Below, in pieces: positions 53,088 to 61,819 of a DNA stretch of 64,000 nt. Source of the DNA: an uncultured bacterium (GTDB taxonomy: Bacteria > Muiribacteriota > Ozemobacteria > Ozemobacterales > Ozemobacteraceae); the NCBI GenBank assembly GCA_964474705.1, contig CAYYUI010000004.1, positions 7,373 through 71,372 on the forward strand. The letters are read 5' to 3'. The position numbers and the translations under genes are program-made. The first letter of the stretch is position 1. Every line of letters starts with the position of its first letter. The notes beneath the pieces are model-generated. The model worked only from the letters and a program-made list of their open reading frames with translations, was not told where the DNA came from and did no database searches.

Positions 53088-55415
53088 TTAAAAGGCGGTT
53101 TTCAATTCACCCTGAATGACACTCCGGTTATCACCTGTAACCTTGACCTGGCCATGGAACTGGCTGCCGACTGCCGGCAATTCACCGAAACTTTCCGGGA
53201 AAACGATTTCGTAGCGTTTTTCAGTGGCGTTTTCGGTAATGATTACCAGACGCTTGTCTTTGTCAGATTCGTTGACCAGACCCTTCAGGGTTCTGGTAGA
53301 ATTTTTTGCCGCCAGACCTGCCTTTTTTGCCGGGCTCTGCCTGGGAGATGTCGAAGGTGCAAGAAAACCGAACCATATTACTGCAGTCAGAACCGCTCCT
53401 ACCGCATATGCAGCCACAGTAAAACGAATCAGTTCCGGTTCGACATCTGCCTTTTTTTCAGAATCCTGGCGGATTTTCTGTATTTTTTCAAGCTGATAGG
53501 CTGAACGCTGCGAACGATTGCGGTTCTCTTCTTCCAGGCGTTCCTCTGCGGCTGCAAAAAGTGCAGCTTCGGTTTTGCCGGGGTCGGCGGCCACAATCTG
53601 CCTGGCGAGTTCAGCATAGAGTTCTTTATAGAGACCTGCTTTCGCTGATCGGCCGGTTCGCGCCTCTATATAGAACCAGATGAAAATCTCCTCGTCAGGG
53701 TTGGATCTGAAAATTGAGATTATCTGCTGCAGGTTCTCTTCATCGCCTTCGTTTTTGATGGCGGCAAGCAGAGTCTGACTGACTGAAGCGAAATCAAAAT
53801 GAGCCAGGCAGAAGATCGCATTTCGCCTCTGGGAAGGTTTGATCGAATGCAGCATCTGTTCAACCAGAGAAATTGCCTGCTTCTTGTCGAACAGTGCAAA
53901 AACCTTGATCGCCGCAACCTTGACTTCATCGAAACGATGTTTTATCAGCTGAGGCAGCAGCGGATGCAGAGCTTCCGGATTAATGGCACACAGCGCATCG
54001 ATTGCGGCAGTAAGAAGTTCAGAGTTGTCACTTTCGAGAAAGCGTGCGACAAATTCTGAATCGCGGCGACTGCCGCAACGTTCGACCGCTGCAAGTATCG
54101 CCACCTGTTCTTCAACCGGCAGTTGAGCAGTCTGCGACTGAACACCGGCCATGAATCTGGCAAAATTCTCTTTATTGAGCGTGTCATAGAGGCGCATGCG
54201 CTGTTCAGGCGGGTAATCGAGCAGGCTCTTCGGCCTGGCCTGTTCCGGCTGGGAAACCTCAGGCTCGAGCCGGCCAGATTCAAGAAACTGCCTGACCTGC
54301 AGCCGGATTTTCTCATCGCGCTCTTTTTCCAGGTAGCTTTCTATGAGGGTGCGCGGCTCTTCAATACCGTGCCTGATCAGCTCACAAAGTTTCAGAGCCG
54401 ATTTCAGGCGGGTTTCGGCTTCGCCGGACTTCAGACCAAGACTGAAACGATCGATGAACAGTCGAACGCGCTTTTCCTGAAAATGACTTTCGAGAACCTG
54501 CAGCATCTGAGCCGGTTCGGCATTGACAATCCCGGCCATGAAAAGCGACTGCAGCACTCCCTTGAGAATCGCATCGATCAGCTGAAATTTTTCGCCGACG
54601 CAGGCCTGCCTGGCCTCCAGCAACCGCATCGGAATCTGCCGGTCGGGATTGGCCATGAACACCAGGCCGGCCTTTCTGATGAGACCCGCATCGGTTTCAA
54701 CGCTGATATAGCGCAACATCAGCGATTCAATCTGCTTGAAGGGAAAAAAGAACGAATGAATCAGAGCCGCCTGCTTTTCGGCATCGCTGCTGGCAAAAAG
54801 CATCGATTCGAAGTGCCGCAGAGCTTCACTGGGATCATAGCGATACAGAATTCTTACCGCCCTGGATCTGATGCCGAAATGACTATTGAGAAGCAGCGGC
54901 ACGATATGTTCACGCAGACGGTCGGGGCACAGTCGCTCAAGAGCTTCGATAGCAGCGCTCAACACTCTCGGATCGCTATGGCTGCACAGCCCGGCCACTG
55001 CTTCGACATCTTCCGCCGCACCGTACTTTTTCAGAAACTTGAGGGCTGAAGGCAGCAGCTGCAAAGAAAATGCGGGCCAGCCCGCCTGCCGCAAGCCTGT
55101 TGCTACTGCGGCAGCATCTGCCTTCTTAACCGATTCAAGCATCAATGCAATAGCCATTTCGTCACGATCAGGCTTTTGCAGAAGTTCAACGAGCTCGGCA
55201 GCACCGCCTCTTACTTTTTCACGGCTTTCACAGCGGGCCAGAACCTTCTGTATCTGAAAACGGATGCCCGGATCATTTTCAACGGCAAGAAACTCGCGGA
55301 GTCTTACCAGCTGCTCATCGGTAAATGAAAGGTCTTCAAGACGCGACAGAACTGAAAAACGGATCGACGGATCCGGAGAACGGAGATCAGCGAAAAAATC
55401 TTTTACCTGATCCAT
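53088..55415 (-). CDS. HEAT-repeat protein with C-terminal TM helix and small beta domain
   Basis: Repeated xDPxxR helical units (SPDPSIRFSVL, ENDPGIRFQI, HSDPRVLSAAIEAL) and the TM helix FTVAAYAVGAVLTAVIWFGFL. Confidence 0.6.
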   Translation of the reverse strand: MDQVKDFFADLRSPDPSIRFSVLSRLEDLSFTDEQLVRLREFLAVENDPGIRFQIQKVLARCESREKVRGGAAELVELLQKPDRDEMAIALMLESVKKADAAAVATGLRQAGWPAFSLQLLPSALKFLKKYGAAEDVEAVAGLCSHSDPRVLSAAIEALERLCPDRLREHIVPLLLNSHFGIRSRAVRILYRYDPSEALRHFESMLFASSDAEKQAALIHSFFFPFKQIESLMLRYISVETDAGLIRKAGLVFMANPDRQIPMRLLEARQACVGEKFQLIDAILKGVLQSLFMAGIVNAEPAQMLQVLESHFQEKRVRLFIDRFSLGLKSGEAETRLKSALKLCELIRHGIEEPRTLIESYLEKERDEKIRLQVRQFLESGRLEPEVSQPEQARPKSLLDYPPEQRMRLYDTLNKENFARFMAGVQSQTAQLPVEEQVAILAAVERCGSRRDSEFVARFLESDNSELLTAAIDALCAINPEALHPLLPQLIKHRFDEVKVAAIKVFALFDKKQAISLVEQMLHSIKPSQRRNAIFCLAHFDFASVSQTLLAAIKNEGDEENLQQIISIFRSNPDEEIFIWFYIEARTGRSAKAGLYKELYAELARQIVAADPGKTEAALFAAAEERLEEENRNRSQRSAYQLEKIQKIRQDSEKKADVEPELIRFTVAAYAVGAVLTAVIWFGFLAPSTSPRQSPAKKAGLAAKNSTRTLKGLVNESDKDKRLVIITENATEKRYEIVFPESFGELPAVGSQFHGQVKVTGDNRSVIQGELKTAF

Positions 55416-55428
55416 CGGCCCTGCTTAA

Positions 55429-56535
55429 TCAGTTTTTGCGCAACAGCTGCGCTTCTTTTTCCAGCAGAGTGAACCCCTGCTTCAACGGCAATGCCAGACT
55501 GAACATCTGAGCGGCAGTGTCGCGGTCTTTGTTGGCAAGCATCAGCAGGCCGATGTTCCGCAGAACATAGCGCTGCAATGGATGTTTGCGGTTCGCGTAA
55601 AACGCTTTTTTGAAGGCATCTTCAGCCAGCCTTTTCTGACCCTGTGACCAGAATGAAATACCCTTGAGACTGCCAACCGCAATCCTGAGATTTTCGAAAT
55701 TTCCTGACTTCTCTACTTCGAGAAGCTTTTCGAGTTGTTCGATGAAACCGGCAGCTTCCGGGTAATTTTTCGCCTGCCAGGCTTTTACTGCCAATACATA
55801 CAGGCCGTTGAGCATATCCTGGCGCTTTTTCACAATGTCGATTCCGGATTCAGCAAGTTTGCCGGCAAAATCAGGGTCGGCCCGGAGAACGTTCTGCAGT
55901 TTGTCATACATTTCGACATCGGTCTGCGCCTGATGTGCCGAAATGAGTGTATCCTCGTAATACGCCGGACCTCTGAAACCGGCTTCTGGTGAGAGACTGT
56001 CTTCGTATGCCAGCCACATGTCGCCGGTGAGGGGGTAGAACGATTCATCGGCAAAGAGTGCGAAAGCGATATCGGCATAGCGTTTCGTTTCTGCCGGCCA
56101 GGCTTTGACCGAAGCGATCATGCCTTCGGCGCTCTCAGGAAAATCCAGACCAATTCTGGTAATCAGGGCGTCGACAGGCGGTTTCATCGCCACCTCGACT
56201 ACAATCGAACCTTGATTTAAACAACTGCCGGGAGTGACGATAAAAGTGAACTCGGCACTGTTGCCCTCACTTACCAGACCCGAGGTATGAGTGGCCGGAT
56301 CTGATTTCCAGCTTTCCGGCAGAATGAGCCTGAGTTCAGCCTTATCTACGTTGCCGATAAGCATCTGAAGCTTTACATTAACCGTTACCGGTTTGCCCAG
56401 TTCAGGGGGAGCCGCCAGCCCGGCACTCAGGTTGAACCACTCTGGAATCTGCACTGTTTCAGCAGCGGCAGCAGCTGATATAAGAAGCATCACCAGCATG
56501 ATCACTGAAAAAATAACCGGGTGGTGCTGTTTCAT
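55429..56535 (-). CDS. secreted protein, N-terminal beta domain plus TPR-like helical domain
   Basis: Signal peptide ending AAAAAE. C-terminal helical repeats. Confidence 0.5.
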   Translation of the reverse strand: MKQHHPVIFSVIMLVMLLISAAAAAETVQIPEWFNLSAGLAAPPELGKPVTVNVKLQMLIGNVDKAELRLILPESWKSDPATHTSGLVSEGNSAEFTFIVTPGSCLNQGSIVVEVAMKPPVDALITRIGLDFPESAEGMIASVKAWPAETKRYADIAFALFADESFYPLTGDMWLAYEDSLSPEAGFRGPAYYEDTLISAHQAQTDVEMYDKLQNVLRADPDFAGKLAESGIDIVKKRQDMLNGLYVLAVKAWQAKNYPEAAGFIEQLEKLLEVEKSGNFENLRIAVGSLKGISFWSQGQKRLAEDAFKKAFYANRKHPLQRYVLRNIGLLMLANKDRDTAAQMFSLALPLKQGFTLLEKEAQLLRKN

Positions 56536-56550
56536 AAAAGTTTGGCTCCT

Positions 56551-57129
56551 TTAGTTTATTTTCCGGGGTTTTTCGTCGTCAGAAACCGGAGCAAAATCGT
56601 CGCTTTCAGAAACTTCGTCAGAGTCATCACTCGCGGTCTTGCTTTCTGAAAAGCTGTTGTCATCCTGCTGCCCAGTTTCTTCGTGGCCTTCCTTGCGGCC
56701 GTAGATGATCTCCATGAATCGCGGAAAGGTATCGTCGACCATATGAACCAGAACCATCATCGCCAGATCGAACTGTTTACGGGTCAGCCAGCCATCTTCG
56801 AGAATATGCTGGCAGCAGGCCGAGAGTGAACGACCGTCTTTGCCAAGTTCGAATCTGATATCGAGAATCTCGTTGGTGACCTGCATGATGAACTGAAGAA
56901 CGTCTTTGCGGTTCAAATCGACATTGCGGATAAAGTTGGGCACCCTGAAGATCAGGTGACTGTTATGCAGATAAATGACCAGATGCATGGTCAGGTTATG
57001 CCCCTGCATGTAAAGCTCGAGCGCCTCTTCATCGAGCTGACTGAACCGCATATTATCGGCTTCAAGGTAACCTTTTACCGCTTCGATCACCTGGCGGCCG
57101 CTGTCGTTAACGTTTTCTTCCGCACTCAT
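56551..57129 (-). CDS. YbjN-like (chaperone-like fold) protein with acidic tail
   Basis: The size and pattern resemble the YbjN family. The C-terminal tail is rich in Asp, Glu and Ser. ATGA-type overlap with the upstream gene. Confidence 0.45.
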   Translation of the reverse strand: MSAEENVNDSGRQVIEAVKGYLEADNMRFSQLDEEALELYMQGHNLTMHLVIYLHNSHLIFRVPNFIRNVDLNRKDVLQFIMQVTNEILDIRFELGKDGRSLSACCQHILEDGWLTRKQFDLAMMVLVHMVDDTFPRFMEIIYGRKEGHEETGQQDDNSFSESKTASDDSDEVSESDDFAPVSDDEKPRKIN

Positions 57130-58547
57130 CGTGGCACCTCGGCAATTATACGTTTGAATTCTTCGCCTGAAATATCAAAGGCTTTGCAGGCAAAACCGAG
57201 AATCTTTTTTTCAGAATCTTCGACGATGCCATCGCGGAAAGCAGCCTGACAAAGGTTTTTAAACAGACGCTGATGACTGAATTTTTCACGCAGCCCGCCT
57301 GAAACCTCGATACCAGCCAGCTGACGGCGGACGTTGTTGAACATGGTTATATATGCATCTTCAGAAACGTTGAGAGCATTACGAAGCTTCTGCAGCAGAT
57401 CGCGCTCTGCAGGCTCTATCTGGCCGTCACGCATCACTTCAAGCAGGACCAGTGAAAAGAATTCTGCGACGTTCAACGGCGATTTCCTGAGTTCAGGTGG
57501 CTTTTCTGCAGAGTCATGTGTCAAAAATGGCTTGAGAAGCCGATAAAAATCAAACTGTTCGAGCCGCCGGCCAAACCGGTTCAAAATTCGCCAGGCGCGG
57601 TTACGGCACCAGGCATCGACCCTTTTCTCGGCCTGGGTTTGCGGAGTCATCTCACAGAGCAGCTGCATGTTGCCGGCAGCAACCCCGGCTGCACCATTGA
57701 GAATCTGGCTTTCGATGAGCTTTTGCAGTTTCTGAATACGGGAATTGGCCATCGCGCCATTTTCGTTATGCAGACGTTCGCAATATTCTTCAATCGCCTG
57801 GTCGCAGCGCTCAGCGGCTTTCAGCAGATGGCGCTGCACTGCACCGATTTCTGAGTAATGCATAAGCAGACGCAGATTGAGCTCAGAAAACTCAGGGTTA
57901 CTTATCTGACCTGCTTCAAGCAACCAGGAGGCGCGGTGTAGAAGAGCATTAAAATAGAATTGATCGTTTTCGATGGCCGTGACGAACAGCTTCTGCGCTT
58001 CATCATCGCGACCGGCCTTTTCACAGAGAATGGCGAGGTTGCAGAAAGCTTCCGGAGCGTTGGGTATTGCATCCATCGCTTTCCTGTAGCTGGCCTCAGC
58101 GGCAGCAACGTCACCGGAAAGCCTCTGGCACATGCCGAGAAGGTTCCATACCCGGGCCAGCGTCGAATCGGCAGTCAGAGTTGCCTGATAATGCTCTGTC
58201 GCACCGGCTATGTCACCGTTGGCCTGGCATCTGATGCCGGCAGCAAAACTGCCGGTCGTATCGAAGTGTTCGGTCTTGAAAATACAGTTTTCCGAGAAAG
58301 CTGCCCCTGACTCTGCGCCGGATCTGGTAAAAGCTACCAGTGATGCATTGTTGAGACGGCGGAGCATATCAGCAGAGACTTCGCCCCTGGCAAGCTCAGC
58401 ACCGGTAGAAAACGAAAAAAGCGTTGCCTGGCCATCGAGTTCGGCCATCAGGGTGATGTTGTCGTTGATGAGTTCTGACCAGGCAGCAGAAGAGATGCCA
58501 AAAGTCAGACTGCTGAGTTCTCCTGCGTCAGACAGCTTCACTTCCAT
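57126..58547 (-). CDS. TPR protein with two C-terminal TerB-like modules
   Basis: Central TPR units. DGQIEPAERDLLQKL and DGIVEDSEKKIL resemble TerB-type DGxxxxxE motifs. Confidence 0.5.
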   Translation of the reverse strand: MEVKLSDAGELSSLTFGISSAAWSELINDNITLMAELDGQATLFSFSTGAELARGEVSADMLRRLNNASLVAFTRSGAESGAAFSENCIFKTEHFDTTGSFAAGIRCQANGDIAGATEHYQATLTADSTLARVWNLLGMCQRLSGDVAAAEASYRKAMDAIPNAPEAFCNLAILCEKAGRDDEAQKLFVTAIENDQFYFNALLHRASWLLEAGQISNPEFSELNLRLLMHYSEIGAVQRHLLKAAERCDQAIEEYCERLHNENGAMANSRIQKLQKLIESQILNGAAGVAAGNMQLLCEMTPQTQAEKRVDAWCRNRAWRILNRFGRRLEQFDFYRLLKPFLTHDSAEKPPELRKSPLNVAEFFSLVLLEVMRDGQIEPAERDLLQKLRNALNVSEDAYITMFNNVRRQLAGIEVSGGLREKFSHQRLFKNLCQAAFRDGIVEDSEKKILGFACKAFDISGEEFKRIIAEVPR

Positions 58548-58571
58548 GTAAATTCCTCTTTTTTCAGATTT

Positions 58572-59078
58572 CTACGGCTCCGGTGGAAACGCGGAACCCT
58601 TCTGACTGTAGACCCCAAATTCAAGAATGCCCCAGACCCCGCCGGTTCTGGCAAAAACCAGCTCGATGTTCTCGGAAACAGGGGTCTGATCAACCGCGCT
58701 GTTATCTGACCATGAAAGACTGAGATTCGCCCGGCCGACCGCCTGGTCATCGGCAACCTGAATACCGATTTCAGTAATCTGAAAATCCTTGACGACTGCA
58801 CCGGCAAAAAATTTGTTCAATCTGGCTACGAATTTATCAGCGCCTTTTTCTGTTATATTGCCAACTCGACGGTATTGGAGATTGGTATCGAGACAGGCAT
58901 TGGCGGCAGCAGAGTCTTCAGCCCGCACTGCGGCGGCAAAACTGTCAAGAACCGCGGCCACTTCGAGCTGTTCTGGGTCGAGGGTCGAGGCCGTATCGCC
59001 ACCGCCGCCGCCACCACAGCCGATCAGCAGAATACTGAAGCTTATCAGCAGCACCAGACAAATTCCTGTAATTTTCAA
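58572..59078 (-). CDS. lipoprotein, NTF2/SnoaL-like
   Basis: Lipobox LLIGC followed by a Gly linker. About 140 aa with an alpha+beta pattern. Confidence 0.5.
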   Translation of the reverse strand: MKITGICLVLLISFSILLIGCGGGGGGDTASTLDPEQLEVAAVLDSFAAAVRAEDSAAANACLDTNLQYRRVGNITEKGADKFVARLNKFFAGAVVKDFQITEIGIQVADDQAVGRANLSLSWSDNSAVDQTPVSENIELVFARTGGVWGILEFGVYSQKGSAFPPEP

Positions 59079-59179
59079 ACGATTTCTCCATCTGATCGAG
59101 GTTTCGGCATTCTGCCGCCAGATTCAGCATCCGGCGGCAGAAAACCAGAAATCTTCATTTCATGACAGAACCGGGCAGT

Positions 59180-60121
59180 TCAGGCCTTGCCGGAGCAGCC
59201 CATGATGCGCATTTTGCGCTGAACTACTTCTTTGATCGCCTGGCGGGCGGGGCCCATGTATTTGCGCGGGTCAAATTCAGCGGGATTTTCGAAGAATACT
59301 TTGCGGATCTGGCCGGTCATGGCAAGACGCAGATCGGTATCGACGTTAATCTTGCAGACGCCGGTTTTCGAGGCCTGACCGATCATGTCTTCAGGAACGC
59401 CGCGGGAACCAGGAATCTTGGCACCGTATTTATTGCAGATGTCGGTCAGATCCTGGGGGACTGAGCTGGCGCCATGCAGAACCAGTGGGAAACCGGGCAA
59501 TTTTTCCTGGATTTTCGCGAGGCGATCGAAAGCCAGCTTCGGTTCGCCTTTGAATTTATAGGCGCCGTGACTGGTACCAATAGCGATTGCCAGAGAATCA
59601 CAACCTGACTTTTTCACGAATTCAAGAGCTTCATCGGGGTCGGTATAGGTAGCGTCTTTTGAATCGACCTTGACTTCATCTTCGACACCGGCCAGTTTGC
59701 CGAGTTCGGCTTCGACGGTGACGCCGCGGGCATGAGCGTATTCGACAACCTCTCTGGTGATGCGGATGTTTTCAGCGAGCGGATGCTTGGAAGCATCGAT
59801 CATTACCGATGTAAAACCGCCGTCGATACACTTTTTGCAGATATCGAAATCATCGCCATGATCGAGGTGCAGAACAACCGGAATCGAAACGCCTGAAGCT
59901 TCAGCCATTTCCATTGAAGCCTGGATAAGGTGAATGAGATATTCATGGCGGGCATACTTGCGGGCGCCAGCCGAAACCTGAATGATCAAAGGCGCCTTTT
60001 CTTCGATAGCCGCCTCGAAAATACCCTGAACGATTTCCATATTATTGACGTTGAAAGCGCCAATCGCATATCCGCCCTTGTAGGCCTTTTCAAAAAGAGC
60101 CTTCGAACTTACCAGTGGCAT
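59180..60121 (-). CDS. fba: class II fructose-1,6-bisphosphate aldolase
   Basis: GYAIGAFNVNNME, LHLDHG, the GTSHGAYK-type motif and VLHGASS. Confidence 0.93.
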   Translation of the reverse strand: MPLVSSKALFEKAYKGGYAIGAFNVNNMEIVQGIFEAAIEEKAPLIIQVSAGARKYARHEYLIHLIQASMEMAEASGVSIPVVLHLDHGDDFDICKKCIDGGFTSVMIDASKHPLAENIRITREVVEYAHARGVTVEAELGKLAGVEDEVKVDSKDATYTDPDEALEFVKKSGCDSLAIAIGTSHGAYKFKGEPKLAFDRLAKIQEKLPGFPLVLHGASSVPQDLTDICNKYGAKIPGSRGVPEDMIGQASKTGVCKINVDTDLRLAMTGQIRKVFFENPAEFDPRKYMGPARQAIKEVVQRKMRIMGCSGKA

Positions 60122-60314
60122 TGATGTCCTCCTGTGCCTGACTTTGTGCCGATGCGTCGCGGCAAAATCATCTGCAACGTCATCTTCCTCATACGAGAGG
60201 ATTCTAGCAATTTAAAGTTTAAAAGTCAAAAAAACCCTGAATCCTGACGTAATTACCTGAGCTGAGTGTACACAATCGGTCGGTTGGTATGATATAATAT
60301 ATAAGGGGTATTGA

Positions 60315-61817
60315 GTGGTTAAAACCGGAAAACTTCTGGCCCTGCTTGGCGTGCTTCTGCTGGCTGCGGCTGTTACAGTTCCTGTTGCAGCCATATCGCC
60401 GCAGGGCAGCGAATACCTGCGCAAAGCCCGGGTGTTTTTCTCATCCAACGATTATCGCATGGCTCTCGATTATCTGCAACGCGCCCGACAACTCGATCCT
60501 GACGCACCGGAAATCCTCGAATTCGCACCCCAGCTGCAAAAAGTGGTCGACGAGCGTGTCAAAGAACTGCGTCAAAGAGCCAGTTTCTTTCTCGAGTCCA
60601 AAAATCTTCCTGAAGCCGAAAAACTTTTCAGCGAAGTTCTTACCCTGGCCGCCGATGACGAATATTCGCTTCTCAAGCTCAAGGAAATCACTTCGACCTA
60701 CAAGCAGATTGAAGAATTCAAGAACCAGGGAATCGACATCCAGGCGTCGAGCGGTAGAAGCCACGATCTCGATATGTATTCGGCCGTTTCCTACATGAAC
60801 CGGGCCAGAGGCTTTTTCGCTCAGGGCGACAGGGTTAACGCCCTCGATATGGTCGAAAAAGTTTTGAAACGTGAACCCGGTTATAAGCCGGCGCTCGAAC
60901 TGAAAGACCGCATTCTGCACATCAACCGCCTCGAATCTTTTGTCGAAAAAGCCGAGACAGCCTTTCTTGAAGGGCGCATGCGTGAGACCATAGAATCGTT
61001 GAATGCCCTGATCCTTGAGATGCCTGACCGGCATGAGTTCGTTCTCATGCGAGCCAAGGCTTTTCTCAAACTCAAAAATTTCCGCAGCGCCGAGAAAGAT
61101 CTCTGGAAATACCATCATGCCAAACCCGACACGGCAACAATTTTTCCGCTGCTTTCCGAAGCTTATCTCGGCCAGGAAAACTACCTGAACGCCTATGCCT
61201 TCGCCCATGCTCCCGAAACCGGTGCGCCGATTAAATCCTTCGGCTACCGTTTCCGTTGCCATTTTTTCGCCTTTCCGCTGCCATATTGCCTGCTCGGACT
61301 CCTGATCGGCCTGATGCCACTGGCTATTTATTTCACCTGGCATGCCGCTGAAGCCCTGTTTTTTGAGCGATTTTCAGTCAGTTCACTGGGTCTGGCAATC
61401 TCCTGTATTATCACCATCATTTTTAAATCCCCCGAACATTGCCTCGGGAACCTTATCGTCGTCGCCAGAGATCTGAACATCGCCTGGGTGAATTACCTTA
61501 CCGGTATCACCCTGCTGAAAATCGGCCAGATAGAAGGTGCTCAACGTTTTCTCGCTTTCAGTTTCACCAACGAAACTATACGACCTCGGGCTTACTATTT
61601 TTACGGAATAACCCGCAAACTTCTTAAAAACCATCTCTGCGAGCTTGATTTTGAAGAATCGTTACTTTGCGGTCTCAGCCGACATCGAAGTGGCTGGCAC
61701 CCGAATTTTGTCAAACAGATTGAGCGCGAACTGTTAATAAGTTATAGTAAAGACAAGTCAGACGAAACTTTTGAAGGAATGGCTTTCAAACTCGTCGAGG
61801 ATGTAACAGGGGGCTGA
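60315..61817 (+). CDS. TPR-repeat protein with C-terminal membrane domain
   Basis: GTG start, a signal or anchor sequence, several TPR units, then 3-4 hydrophobic helices. Confidence 0.6.
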   Translation: MVKTGKLLALLGVLLLAAAVTVPVAAISPQGSEYLRKARVFFSSNDYRMALDYLQRARQLDPDAPEILEFAPQLQKVVDERVKELRQRASFFLESKNLPEAEKLFSEVLTLAADDEYSLLKLKEITSTYKQIEEFKNQGIDIQASSGRSHDLDMYSAVSYMNRARGFFAQGDRVNALDMVEKVLKREPGYKPALELKDRILHINRLESFVEKAETAFLEGRMRETIESLNALILEMPDRHEFVLMRAKAFLKLKNFRSAEKDLWKYHHAKPDTATIFPLLSEAYLGQENYLNAYAFAHAPETGAPIKSFGYRFRCHFFAFPLPYCLLGLLIGLMPLAIYFTWHAAEALFFERFSVSSLGLAISCIITIIFKSPEHCLGNLIVVARDLNIAWVNYLTGITLLKIGQIEGAQRFLAFSFTNETIRPRAYYFYGITRKLLKNHLCELDFEESLLCGLSRHRSGWHPNFVKQIERELLISYSKDKSDETFEGMAFKLVEDVTGG

Positions 61818-61819
61818 CT

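Noticed and set aside
59112-59143. Hairpin CTGCCGCC-(14 nt)-GGCGGCAG downstream of fba as a terminator
   Set aside because: There is no U-tract on the fba (reverse) strand after the stem. It was kept out of the feature list.
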